Part shown: positions 18,584-28,565 of the stretch, in pieces
How the letters are laid out: every line of letters begins with the position of its first letter
Position numbering within the stretch: position 1 is the stretch's first letter
Origin: a virus
DNA: 64,000 bases
IMG/VR virus record: IMGVR_UViG_3300028859_000017
Coordinates: 16,323 to 80,322 of that record
Reading direction: 5' to 3' (one strand)
Notes under the pieces: generated by a model
The model's database searches: none
What the model saw: only the letters and a program-made list of their open reading frames with translations
What the model was told of the DNA's origin: nothing
Made by a program: the position numbers and the translations under genes

Positions 18584-19747
18584 TTAGATATACTTAACAT
18601 AAACCAGCTTTCCGCAGTCAAAGACGCGGAATTGAAAAAGCACATCTCTTGTATAATCGAGCTCAGTTTGTGTTGGAAGAATACCATGAAGATTACATTT
18701 TTTATTTGATTGCTTTCCTCTAACAATACATTTGCCTTCCTTAGCCGATTCCACAGAACACCAATAAGAATAATCGGATTGTAAAGTAGCATATAATTCA
18801 AAGTTTAAAACATTATAAAGATTACCTTGACTTATTCTTCTATCTGCCCAAGAGACAACGGTGTTATATCCTTTAGACTTTAAATCTTTTTCAGCAAAGG
18901 CCAAAACCTTACTTGAGCCACCTGGAATATTATAATTTGATTTTATAGCCAATCTATCTAATACAGTTGTGGTAGGCGAATTCCAGATACTTTGCGCACG
19001 GTGATGTCTTCCAAATGATACAACTTCAATTAAGACATTATTTACATCATATAGCCCATAAAAAAGATAAGATAAATTAGCAGGCCCTTGAATATGCTCT
19101 TCTTTTAAAAACTCATTTGCTTCTTGTTTAGTTATTGCTTTTACTGTACATTTTCTGGCAAATACTGTAATTTTATTTTGTTTAAGTGCTGAAGATAAGA
19201 AGTTAATCATCTTACTTCTTTTGGACTCCCATTCGTTTTCAAACACTGTAAGAACACGATTTCCGTCATTAACAAGTTCCTCCATATTTGAAATAATTAC
19301 TTTCTTAGCCTCAGCATAAGTTTTACACTTTCCTGATGATACTAGAATTTCTTGATGAAACTTACTTAGCTCAACAAAGGTAATAGCAAGCTTACTATTT
19401 TCTTCAAGTAAGGCTGATAATCCAAACTTCATATTTTTGAGAGTAAATGTTAGATTTGGATATAGTTTAATAATATCACTATAAAAAGTATCAGTAGCTG
19501 TTACTGGTATTACTGGAGCCACTTGAACTATTGCTGATTTGTTAAAGGTTTTTCTAATAACATCCCTATAGCAGCCACATGAAGTAGTATTTCCAGAAAC
19601 TAATGAGCCTGTAGCAACTTCTGTAGTTTTTCCACACTCACAAAGACATTCCCATATAGCTTTACGTTGATATCTCTTATCAGAAAGCTTAACAACAGTT
19701 AGCTTTCCATAAACATTACCAAGAAGAGATTTTGGTTTTCCAGACAT
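18584..19747 (-). CDS. Hef-like homing-endonuclease family protein with N-terminal zinc module and C-terminal GNAT/Mom-like region
   Basis: YGKLTV..WECLCECG..SCGC; ARKC...FL..EHIQG, GGSSK, SWADRRISQGNLY, FDCG. Confidence 0.75.
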   Translation of the reverse strand: MSGKPKSLLGNVYGKLTVVKLSDKRYQRKAIWECLCECGKTTEVATGSLVSGNTTSCGCYRDVIRKTFNKSAIVQVAPVIPVTATDTFYSDIIKLYPNLTFTLKNMKFGLSALLEENSKLAITFVELSKFHQEILVSSGKCKTYAEAKKVIISNMEELVNDGNRVLTVFENEWESKRSKMINFLSSALKQNKITVFARKCTVKAITKQEANEFLKEEHIQGPANLSYLFYGLYDVNNVLIEVVSFGRHHRAQSIWNSPTTTVLDRLAIKSNYNIPGGSSKVLAFAEKDLKSKGYNTVVSWADRRISQGNLYNVLNFELYATLQSDYSYWCSVESAKEGKCIVRGKQSNKKCNLHGILPTQTELDYTRDVLFQFRVFDCGKLVYVKYI

Positions 19748-19751
19748 TAGA

Positions 19752-20822
19752 TTAGTTCTCCATAAGTTCTGTTAAATAATTTTGAATATTTGTATTAATC
19801 TCATCTATAACTAACAAGTCTATTGGATTAGTAGACTCTCTAAGTGAGGCTACCTTAGATAAATACTCAGCAAACTCCATATCTACATCACCATTAAAGT
19901 TATTACAGTGGGCCTGTCCATGGTGTAGTTTACATAAAGTAATTAGATTAGTAGGTTCTGCTGCCAATGAAATATCCTCTGCTCTTTTAGTAATATGATG
20001 AACATACAAGTCTCCTCCTTGTTTATTACAGATAGCACATTTATAACCATCCGATTTCATAACTAATCTAGTAACAGGCCTTATAATACTTGAAATATGT
20101 TCTCTAATAGTTGACATTAAAATATCAGCAGGTTGTCCTTTTGATAGTCTATATTCCATAAAACGTTTCTGTGTTGCTTCCTTATTTAGACATCCACAAG
20201 ATTTAACAGCACCACTTAATAAATTACAAATATTAACTTCAGTGATTATTCCACAGTCACATACACATTTCCAAAAGTATCCTCCACCAGTTCTTCTATC
20301 CAAAGAACTAATAGCTGTTAATTTACCAAACTTTTGATTTGTAATATCTTTCTTATTTGAAATACCCTGAGCCTTAGCTTGATCCATATGAGCACAGCCA
20401 CATGATTTGGTATTACCTCTCTTAACATCTGAAAGTGGCTTTTCTACTATATTACCACAGTCACATCTAAATTTCCAAATAGTCACACCATTTTTCTTAT
20501 TTTCTGTTGGCTCCAATGCCAAAAGTCTATTAAACTTTTGTCCAGTTATATCCTTAGTATTAACTATTTTTCGTTGTTCTGCTCCAAAGCAACCACAACT
20601 TACAGTTACTCCACTAGTCAAAGCACTTCCTATAACTGTAGAATAATTTCCGCAAGAACATTTACATAGCCAAAATATAGTTCCAGTATTAGATTTTCCT
20701 GTATTTTCTATAGGATACAAAGCAACTAACTTTCCATAAACATTATTTGTTAGGTCTTTAGCTTTTTTTGTTAATGAAATCCTGTTTAACAATGTGACAT
20801 CATAATCTGATGGGTATACCAT
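19752..20822 (-). CDS. HNH homing endonuclease with three N-terminal zinc modules
   Basis: 3x (F/Y)G.L...W.C.C.CG...SCGC (first Cys replaced in unit 2); CAIC...VHHI...NLITLC..HH; GGAGG SD. Confidence 0.9.
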   Translation of the reverse strand: MVYPSDYDVTLLNRISLTKKAKDLTNNVYGKLVALYPIENTGKSNTGTIFWLCKCSCGNYSTVIGSALTSGVTVSCGCFGAEQRKIVNTKDITGQKFNRLLALEPTENKKNGVTIWKFRCDCGNIVEKPLSDVKRGNTKSCGCAHMDQAKAQGISNKKDITNQKFGKLTAISSLDRRTGGGYFWKCVCDCGIITEVNICNLLSGAVKSCGCLNKEATQKRFMEYRLSKGQPADILMSTIREHISSIIRPVTRLVMKSDGYKCAICNKQGGDLYVHHITKRAEDISLAAEPTNLITLCKLHHGQAHCNNFNGDVDMEFAEYLSKVASLRESTNPIDLLVIDEINTNIQNYLTELMEN

Positions 20823-20841
20823 GTAGCACCTCCAACATATA

Positions 20842-20868
20842 TTATCGGCAATGGTGATATAAAGTGTA
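20842..20868 (-). promoter_or_regulatory. sigma28/FliA-like promoter
   Basis: TACACTTT-N11-GCCGATAA upstream of the HNH gene. Confidence 0.8.
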
Positions 20869-20915
20869 GGGAAAATAAAAAATTATTTGCTATGTCACAT
20901 AAGGCCTAGCCACAC

Positions 20916-20942
20916 AAAAAGAAGGCCCAATAAAGGGCCCTC
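20916..20942 (-). terminator. intrinsic terminator after major capsid gene
   Basis: minus strand GAGGGCCC-TTTATT-GGGCCTTC-TTTTT. Confidence 0.85.
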
Positions 20943-20972
20943 ATTTTGCTTATAGTTACTATAGGATTAAGG

Positions 20973-22577
20973 TTAAACAACACCATAATCAGAGGCAGGA
21001 GTGGAACCAGATGTATAGAGGTTCTGAACCTGGAGAACACCTAAACCGTACGCGCCGTCGAGTAGAAGCTGATGGTCGTAACGTTGCTGTAAGCCGACAA
21101 CAGTTGAGAAAATATCACCTGAGAGGACATCAATTGAAGGTGGGGTAAGATATGTCACGAAGGGAAAGTACGCATATGGAGCCTTGCCTAAATCTTTAGA
21201 AGTGAAGCCCATGAGAATCTTGTCTGACTGGGGAAACTGAGGAGCCTTAGCAACAGTGAAGTTGTTGATGCTACCAAACTTCTCAGCATCAATACTGAAA
21301 TCACCCTGAGCCTTATGACCAGTATCAGTAGCCATCTTAAATTCGGCAGTATTCTGAAGCAGTGTAAATACATGGGGATGGGTAACAGCAAACATACCCT
21401 CACCACGAAGGAAGTCAATACTCATATCATTAGCAAGATAGTTCATCTTATGAACTAGTTCCTGGTTCTTCTGGAACATAGTGCCCCGGAAAGAGTTTGC
21501 AGGATAAGAAGCATCATAAGTAGAAATCTTACCAGCATTGGCCATCATGTCAAGCATCATTTCTAGGTCAATTTCAAGTGCCATTGACTCAGTCATGCCA
21601 CCAACTAGTTCCTTTAGAGCATCCATACGACCTTCAGTATAAGCTTCAAGGTCCTGAATAGCTTCTGCGGAAATCTGAGCAAAGTTCTTACGTGAACGAG
21701 TGCTAACCTGGATTAGACTCTGAACGAAACTAACTTCACCAAGAGCCTTATTACGTTCCTGATTATACTGATAGGTTACTGAGAAAGTAGCTGTTCCAGT
21801 AATAGTAAGACCAACAGCAGTAGCGGCAGCAGCAGCAGTCTGATTGAAGGTAATAGAAGGAACACCAGAACCATTAGTAGTTACAGTGCCATTAACATTG
21901 TCAGGGGAAACTGCAGCCATAACACCAGCACTATTATCAATAGCCACTACTACGGAATTACGAGGAATAGCACTATCATAAACTGCAATTGAAGCAGTGC
22001 CACTAATGTACGGAGTATAGGTGGGAGTATAACCAGATAAAGTAGAAGTTCCACCTACCTCAGTTACCTGCTGACCTGAGTAGTTGGCATCAATACCTGA
22101 AGTGGTATCTTCATACTGTGTTGCGCCTGAACCATAACGCTTGTAGGAAGCTGGGTTCATGTATTCCTGACCGGCAGTTGTAGCACCCTTAGTGGTATTA
22201 CGAGAAAGTCGGAAGGTCTGAATTACCTGAGTAGGAACATCAAGCTGGCGAGTAGCAATAAACTTAGTAACAACAATCTGTGGGAATACACGAGTTATAA
22301 TTGTTGGAAGCATTGCTTTGTTATAAGTTGCAACAGAGGCTGAGGTAGTTGCTTCAGTCAGTGGCTGATTCTTGGTGGCATACTGGAGTGATTTTACAGC
22401 ATGAAGAAAAACAGTATTACGATATTCAGCATCTGGAATAGCAGTCTGTAGATTTTCATTAAAAGTCTTCCAGAAAGAAGACTTGCCAGCCTTCTTAGCT
22501 GCTTGTTCATCACGCTCAAGAATTGCTCGTACTCGTTGCTCACTTAGCATTTCTAAATTAACAGGGTTTGTAAACAT
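20973..22577 (-). CDS. gp23: major capsid protein
   Basis: LTE|A cleavage-type site, PTIITRVFP, TRSRK, EAIQDL, EID, YFPFV, QRY; high-expression codon bias; AGGAG SD. Confidence 0.95.
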   Translation of the reverse strand: MFTNPVNLEMLSEQRVRAILERDEQAAKKAGKSSFWKTFNENLQTAIPDAEYRNTVFLHAVKSLQYATKNQPLTEATTSASVATYNKAMLPTIITRVFPQIVVTKFIATRQLDVPTQVIQTFRLSRNTTKGATTAGQEYMNPASYKRYGSGATQYEDTTSGIDANYSGQQVTEVGGTSTLSGYTPTYTPYISGTASIAVYDSAIPRNSVVVAIDNSAGVMAAVSPDNVNGTVTTNGSGVPSITFNQTAAAAATAVGLTITGTATFSVTYQYNQERNKALGEVSFVQSLIQVSTRSRKNFAQISAEAIQDLEAYTEGRMDALKELVGGMTESMALEIDLEMMLDMMANAGKISTYDASYPANSFRGTMFQKNQELVHKMNYLANDMSIDFLRGEGMFAVTHPHVFTLLQNTAEFKMATDTGHKAQGDFSIDAEKFGSINNFTVAKAPQFPQSDKILMGFTSKDLGKAPYAYFPFVTYLTPPSIDVLSGDIFSTVVGLQQRYDHQLLLDGAYGLGVLQVQNLYTSGSTPASDYGVV

Positions 22578-22597
22578 TCAATTATCTCCTGGATAAA

Positions 22598-22605
22598 ATT
22601 AATTA
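22598..22605 (-). promoter_or_regulatory. putative late promoter motif (T/G)AATTAANT
   Basis: TAATTAATT upstream of the capsid SD; same motif precedes more than 15 late-type genes. Confidence 0.6.
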
Positions 22606-22631
22606 TAGTTTTGTTACACTTTAAGTAGGTA

Positions 22632-23480
22632 TTAACCTAAATAAATCTCATAATCTAAAGCACTTGACTCTTTTGATTCAGTTACAACTTCTTTTTCTTG
22701 CTTTTTAGTTGCCAGATTTTCGGCAATTACTTTAAGTTTATTACGCTGTGGTGTGACTTCTACAGGCTTATCTACTACACTCTCAGTTACAACTACTTCT
22801 GGTTTCTGAGTAGCTTCTACTTCACGTTCCTTTAAAGCCTGTTTAGCAGCTTCAAGACATTTCTTTCCTTCTTCTAAATTCTTTGGTTCCATCTTAGTAA
22901 CTGTTTCATAAAGTAAAGCAATTTTTTCAGTTGGGTAGCCAGAGCATTCTGAGACAACTAGTGAATGTAAATCACCAATTAATGCTTTTGCTTCTAATAC
23001 CTTAATCTTTTTAAGGGACTCGTTAAGCTTATTCTTCATACTATCAAGGTCTGCTTGATTCTTTCCTTCTAGCTCATTTATGTTTATAAAGGGAGCCATT
23101 TCACTAACTGCCTTTGAGAAAGCTTCTTGAATTTTAGTAGATGTATTGGTAGCCTTAACATCTTCTTCTATAGCTTTAGTAATCTTTTTAACAGATTCAT
23201 TCATGAATTCGTAAACTTCTTTACCAAGCTTCTTCTTGGCTTCATTAAACTTAGCTTCATAAAAATCCTTTAGCTTAGTCTCATAAAGATTAGATTTAGC
23301 TAAGATAGTCTTCTTAAAAATAAAGGCTTCCTTTTCAAAGGACTTCTTCTGTTCTACTAATTTAGTTTTTTCAGTGTCTAATTCTGCCTTTGATTCTGCT
23401 ATAGCTGCCTGAATCTGCTCTTCAATAATCTGATGAACATCAGCATTTGCTAATAGTTCTTTAATCTGCTTCATATTCAT
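22632..23480 (-). CDS. gp22: prohead core scaffold protein
   Basis: Coiled-coil, Glu/Lys-rich, many xxE|S sites; between protease and capsid genes. Confidence 0.8.
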   Translation of the reverse strand: MNMKQIKELLANADVHQIIEEQIQAAIAESKAELDTEKTKLVEQKKSFEKEAFIFKKTILAKSNLYETKLKDFYEAKFNEAKKKLGKEVYEFMNESVKKITKAIEEDVKATNTSTKIQEAFSKAVSEMAPFININELEGKNQADLDSMKNKLNESLKKIKVLEAKALIGDLHSLVVSECSGYPTEKIALLYETVTKMEPKNLEEGKKCLEAAKQALKEREVEATQKPEVVVTESVVDKPVEVTPQRNKLKVIAENLATKKQEKEVVTESKESSALDYEIYLG

Positions 23481-23503
23481 ATTTATTCACCTATATAAAA
23501 TAA

Positions 23504-24130
23504 TTACTTACTTCTGAACATATCCCGTAAATCATCGATAAACTTTTTGCGCTCTAACTCATATTCTAACTTACGTTTAAAATCTAAACCTTCATTTACT
23601 GGTTGTATAAATGCTTTTTGTGTAGATGGGTCATGTACTGCATCAAAAGTGACAAGCTTATACTCATCTACAACGGTACTGTCATAACCCTCAGTAACTG
23701 AACCAAAACCTCTACTAGAAATACCGACAGTACAGTTATTTCTAATTAAAGCTCCTAACATTCTTCCTGAAGGGGTTCCTGCTGGGCCTGGGTCATCGAA
23801 AACTACTGCCTCACCTATTAAATCATTACCAGAAAATTTTAAATTTGTAATTACATGACTTACATTTTTTAAAGACACAGTAGGAGATTGGTTTTCTGGG
23901 TGGTCCATCTCGCCCAACATATTGCGTGACATTAAGCTTTCACTAGCTTCTTGAATTGCTTTATCTAAAACTTTGTATGGATAAACACGTCCATTTTGAT
24001 TTTTAGAGTCTGCTCTTTGAAATACACCTCTAAATTTAAGGCATTTCCAAGATGAATTTGAGTTTAGCTTTTCTTCTAAGAGCTCAAAGCCTTTTGTTGA
24101 AGAGGTTACTTCGATTAATGGATTATACAT
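23504..24130 (-). CDS. gp21: prohead protease
   Basis: GVFQRAD.KNQNGRVYP, GEMDHP, VSH, GISSRG.GS, FDAV.DPS. Confidence 0.96.
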   Translation of the reverse strand: MYNPLIEVTSSTKGFELLEEKLNSNSSWKCLKFRGVFQRADSKNQNGRVYPYKVLDKAIQEASESLMSRNMLGEMDHPENQSPTVSLKNVSHVITNLKFSGNDLIGEAVVFDDPGPAGTPSGRMLGALIRNNCTVGISSRGFGSVTEGYDSTVVDEYKLVTFDAVHDPSTQKAFIQPVNEGLDFKRKLEYELERKKFIDDLRDMFRSK

Positions 24131-24176
24131 TTACTGTCTCTTTCCCACAACTCATATTTCGTGCCTATTATTTATA

Positions 24177-25442
24177 TTATATCCCAGGACCTTGCTTTTC
24201 TTGTGTCTCTTCATACCCTGGGAGTGTTTGTGGCTCTACACCTGGAACACCTTGGTCTTCAGGAGTATTTTCGGGCTCTTCAACAGATTCAGGATTTTCG
24301 CCACCATCATCTGCCTTTAGTTCGACTTCTTCAGCACCTAAATCTTGTTCTGGAGTATATAAATCAGAATCTAAGAAGGTTGAAATTATAGGATTCCATC
24401 GAGCCTCTATATCAGATAGTTCATCATCTGCTAGGTCAGGCTTATTTAATATATCTAAATCTGTTTTTAGTCTATCATCTAAATCTGCTGATATATTAAG
24501 ATTTTCACTATTATTTGCTTCACGACTAACAAAGGAGGACATACCATCTAATATGGAAGTTAATATATCTTTATGGAGCTGTTTAACTTCTTCATCACTT
24601 AGATTTTCAGGAGAAAACTCTTCAAAATCCTTTTTACCTTCGTCATCTGGAAAATCTGTTTCTATGTCTTCTGGAGAATTATAATCTTCATCAGAAACAC
24701 TATCAGAATCTTCAGAAGGAAATTTTCCATCATCAAGGCTATAATCATTATCCATAGCCTGTTTAATATCTTCATTTACTTCATTTAATGTTTTAGCAGT
24801 CTCAAAAAGCTTTTCTGTAATACTTTCTGAACGTTCCTTATTACCAAGCAAAGCATCCTCAATTATAGAAACTACCTTGTCTTTACCTAAAAATAATACT
24901 GGGCCACAGGACTCTATAATAGAAGTATAATCTGATAAATCTAAGTCTTCAGCCTCACTTAAGGTAACTAAAGAAAAAATGTCGGATTTAAATTCATTAA
25001 TTAAAGAATTTCCAGATTTACGTAGTTTAAAACCAGGAGCCTTCTTAATGAGATTTTCTGTGAAGGTTTCTGGAAATCGTCTCTTGAGTAGCTGATATTG
25101 ATAAAACTCTTCGCAAAACTTATTTAGGTCATCTTCAGCAGATACATAGTCTTCTTCTACTAAATTATCAATAAGCTTTATTACCTGCTCTTTAAGTTCT
25201 TTATCAGTTTGCTTAGCTGATACATAGATAACTTCATTATCTAATATATCTTCAGCAGTCATCTTAGATTCTGATAAATTGTGCTTAAACTTAGCCAATA
25301 CTAGATAATTATTTTTTTGAAATAGCACGGAATCATCAGTATACTCAAGAATAGAGCAATCCTCAGTTAAAAGGTTATGAAGCTTTTCCTCTAGAGCTCT
25401 ATTTCCACTCTTTAATATAGATGTTAAAGTTTTTAAACTCAT
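24177..25442 (-). CDS. acidic prohead core-associated protein
   Basis: 421 aa, highly acidic, several L(T/S)E sites; between portal and protease. Confidence 0.55.
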   Translation of the reverse strand: MSLKTLTSILKSGNRALEEKLHNLLTEDCSILEYTDDSVLFQKNNYLVLAKFKHNLSESKMTAEDILDNEVIYVSAKQTDKELKEQVIKLIDNLVEEDYVSAEDDLNKFCEEFYQYQLLKRRFPETFTENLIKKAPGFKLRKSGNSLINEFKSDIFSLVTLSEAEDLDLSDYTSIIESCGPVLFLGKDKVVSIIEDALLGNKERSESITEKLFETAKTLNEVNEDIKQAMDNDYSLDDGKFPSEDSDSVSDEDYNSPEDIETDFPDDEGKKDFEEFSPENLSDEEVKQLHKDILTSILDGMSSFVSREANNSENLNISADLDDRLKTDLDILNKPDLADDELSDIEARWNPIISTFLDSDLYTPEQDLGAEEVELKADDGGENPESVEEPENTPEDQGVPGVEPQTLPGYEETQEKQGPGI

Positions 25443-25492
25443 ATAAATATGCCTTTTTAAGTATCTGCTTACAAATTAATTATATAATTTTA

Positions 25493-27415
25493 TTATTTAA
25501 AAATCTCTTCTGGTTCTGTTAATTTAGCTATCTTTTTTTCAGTTAGTGATACGGTACATCTAGAAGAGTCAGTCAATCCTACTAGACCTTCTTTTCTAAT
25601 ACTTTCCTGTAATGATAAAAGCTCTCTTGAATACCGTTTAACTTCACAAATAATATTCTCAGTTTCTATAAGTAAATCTCCTAAATGCCTTCTATTTTGT
25701 AATAGGGGCACTCCACCTACTTGTTCCATACCTTGCTGACCTCCCTGTACTTCTGGAGCCATTTCTTGACCTTGCTGAGGCATTTCTGGAGGAGCTTCCA
25801 TTCCACCACCCATTGCTGAACCTAAATCACCACCCATTGGCATTCCTCCACCCATAGCACCTTCACCACCTTGTTGAGGAGCTGTTGGGTCTATCTCAAA
25901 CATTTTTTCTATCTCTGAATCTGTTTTATGTAGTATATGTTTAGCAACCCAACGACGATTAACTCCAAAACCAGTATAACTACTAGCTAAGTTTAATAAC
26001 TCACTCTCAACTTCTATTCTGGCCTTTTCTTCAACATAAGAGGGTCTGGACATTACTAAACTGAAGGACTTTAAATCAGCCTTCTCTTGTATGCCCTTAA
26101 TAGCTAAATGAATTATACATAAATCTTTAATAGCCTCTAAATAATCTTCTTGTATATTCTGAATAGCCTTACTAAATGTCACATTCTGCTGAGATAACAT
26201 GCCCTTAGAAGACACATCACCCTCATAACCAAGGAAAGATTTAGGAACTTTAAGAGCAGCAAATAACCTATTATTAAGAAAAGACACATCTTCTATTTCA
26301 CCAACATTTGCTACACCCTGTAATTGTTCTACTTTAGTTGCTCCATTCTTCTGTATTGGAATGTAAAGATTAGCATTCATATCAAGTAGCTGATAACGCT
26401 CATTAAGTTTACCAGTTGGGTCAAAATATTCTTTTTTAGCTAAGGCATTTATCTGCTTCTTAACTATGTTTTCAGCATCAGCACCTTGGGCATTACCTAC
26501 ATCAACATAAAATACCAGCCTAGTTGGAGCTCTATTAAGTCTATAAATAATAAGAGAATCAAAAAGTAAATCTAATTTCTTCCAAGTATCAACTGCAGTA
26601 TCGAGAGGTGAACATCCATAGGGCGCGAAAAGACCACTTCCACGAAGTTTAAAATGAAGCATCTCATATTTAAGAAATGTAATCAGAGAAGATTCGTTTT
26701 CCTTATTGGCACTATCACCAGTCATATAGGGCAATGACAAGGTATTAAGATTTATATATGGATTTGTGGTGGTTGAACTAACATTAGCATTTTGTACTGC
26801 TGATTTAAGAACATCTAAATCCTGAACATATCCTATTAAAATTCCTTTTTCCTCTAAACGATACACAGAAATAGCATCAAGTTCCTTAATTCCTGTCACA
26901 CCAGCTACAGAATCTAATTTAAGAGCAGTAAAGTGGTCACCATACTTAACCATATTACGTATAATAGACCAACTTAAATAGTTATTTATACCAGTAGTCT
27001 CTAATAATTCTGATAATTCATCCTCTATATATTTTGAAGATGAATGAACACCTATAACTTTACCATCCTGATTCTTCTGGGTAGCTTCATTAGCATATAC
27101 ATCCAAAGCAGAAGCTATTAAATCAGAATCCATCCGATCGTAGGTCGCATATCTTGCATGTCGTAAAGTCTCTCTTTCCAGATACTTGTGGTAATTTTTT
27201 CCAAGCGAGTCCTCGGCGAAAATTGAACCTCTTCCAAGTCCCTTTTTTGAGATTACTGTGGGCTCAACCATAGGCTTAGCTGCTAATTCTCTATTAGTAG
27301 TAGATAGAGCTTTTTCTATAGAGCTTCTAGCATTAAACTCATTAGGTTTTGAATTACTAAAAATCCTACCTAGAGCAGTAAATATATTCTTTAGCTTAGA
27401 TTCATCATTTGCCAT
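25493..27415 (-). CDS. gp20: portal protein
   Basis: IIYRLNRAPTRLVFYVDVGN, VEQLQG...GEIEDV, ALKVPKS; Gly/Met-rich C-terminal extension. Confidence 0.96.
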   Translation of the reverse strand: MANDESKLKNIFTALGRIFSNSKPNEFNARSSIEKALSTTNRELAAKPMVEPTVISKKGLGRGSIFAEDSLGKNYHKYLERETLRHARYATYDRMDSDLIASALDVYANEATQKNQDGKVIGVHSSSKYIEDELSELLETTGINNYLSWSIIRNMVKYGDHFTALKLDSVAGVTGIKELDAISVYRLEEKGILIGYVQDLDVLKSAVQNANVSSTTTNPYINLNTLSLPYMTGDSANKENESSLITFLKYEMLHFKLRGSGLFAPYGCSPLDTAVDTWKKLDLLFDSLIIYRLNRAPTRLVFYVDVGNAQGADAENIVKKQINALAKKEYFDPTGKLNERYQLLDMNANLYIPIQKNGATKVEQLQGVANVGEIEDVSFLNNRLFAALKVPKSFLGYEGDVSSKGMLSQQNVTFSKAIQNIQEDYLEAIKDLCIIHLAIKGIQEKADLKSFSLVMSRPSYVEEKARIEVESELLNLASSYTGFGVNRRWVAKHILHKTDSEIEKMFEIDPTAPQQGGEGAMGGGMPMGGDLGSAMGGGMEAPPEMPQQGQEMAPEVQGGQQGMEQVGGVPLLQNRRHLGDLLIETENIICEVKRYSRELLSLQESIRKEGLVGLTDSSRCTVSLTEKKIAKLTEPEEIFK

Positions 27416-27419
27416 AAAA

Positions 27420-28517
27420 TTAATTCCTTGATTTTACTTGCTCTAATAACTTTTCTGCCAATTCTTCATCATAGAGTTTTGATACTCCTTTATGAGTTTT
27501 ATATAAGTGACATGTTCTACACACTATTATTAGATTGTCCAAGTCCTTTATTTTTTCTGGAGCCACACTTTTGGGAATTATATGGTGACATTCTAACCTA
27601 TTAGCTGTTGTATCCTGACAACCACATAATTGACATTTATAATTATCTCTCTCAAGTACTTGTGGCTTTAAAACTCTTGACACATACCAGGCTATGCTTA
27701 TATTATTTTTATAATTAATATCTATCTTACATCTACTTGTAGTATATTCAGTGGCTTTTTGTATAATTTCCTTTTTATGCTCTTTATAATACTTAGAATA
27801 CCATACTTTATGTTGCTTTATTATGGCTTCTTTATGTTCTTCGTTATAAGTTTTTTGATACTCTTTTATTCTTTCTAAATTATTTAATTTATATATTTTA
27901 TTGGCTAAGCTTACTTTTTCTTTATTTATTTCTACATAAACTTTCTTTTTTAACTGTAATTCCTTTATATGAGTTTTATAATATACTCTAGTATACTCTT
28001 TTATTTGTTCTGAATGAGCTAACCTATATATTTTTTTCTTCTGTAAAATAATAGACCTATTATCATTACGATATTTCCTATTATAAACTTGTCTACATTC
28101 ATTACAATAGTGATATAATCCATTCTTTACTGCTTTATCTTCAGCAAAATAGGTTTTATTTTTTTCTACTCCACAGATAGAGCATTTTTGAACCTCAGTA
28201 ACTACAGCATCTACTCTTAGTTTGTTTTGTTTTTGATACAAAGATACCTTAGTTTTATTACATTCCTTACAAATTACACTATATCCATCTTTTTTATATT
28301 TATCCTTGGCAAATTCTTTTACATTTTTTTCTATATTACATTTAGTACATTGCTTAACTGTAATTTCCTTATTTACAATACTACAGCCATAAGTTTTAGA
28401 GTATTCTTTTACACACACCTTACACCAAATCTGTAAGCTATCTTTTGTTTTGGAATGCCTACCAAAAAAACTAGTATCCTTCTCAATACCACATTTTGAA
28501 CATGTTTTTACTGGCAT
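27420..28517 (-). CDS. HNH homing endonuclease with three CxxC...CxxC modules
   Basis: 3x K.C..C..EK...F......CxxC; ERDNYKCQLCG...LECHHI...NLIIVC..CH; start moved to ATG 28517 (GAGG SD; promoter overlaps the longer ORF start). Confidence 0.9.
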   Translation of the reverse strand: MPVKTCSKCGIEKDTSFFGRHSKTKDSLQIWCKVCVKEYSKTYGCSIVNKEITVKQCTKCNIEKNVKEFAKDKYKKDGYSVICKECNKTKVSLYQKQNKLRVDAVVTEVQKCSICGVEKNKTYFAEDKAVKNGLYHYCNECRQVYNRKYRNDNRSIILQKKKIYRLAHSEQIKEYTRVYYKTHIKELQLKKKVYVEINKEKVSLANKIYKLNNLERIKEYQKTYNEEHKEAIIKQHKVWYSKYYKEHKKEIIQKATEYTTSRCKIDINYKNNISIAWYVSRVLKPQVLERDNYKCQLCGCQDTTANRLECHHIIPKSVAPEKIKDLDNLIIVCRTCHLYKTHKGVSKLYDEELAEKLLEQVKSRN

Positions 28518-28537
28518 ATCACATACCTCTACATACA

Positions 28538-28564
28538 ATATCGGTAAATCCTATTCATACTGTA
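28538..28564 (-). promoter_or_regulatory. sigma28/FliA-like promoter
   Basis: TACAGTAT-N11-ACCGATAT. Confidence 0.75.
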
Positions 28565-28565
28565 G

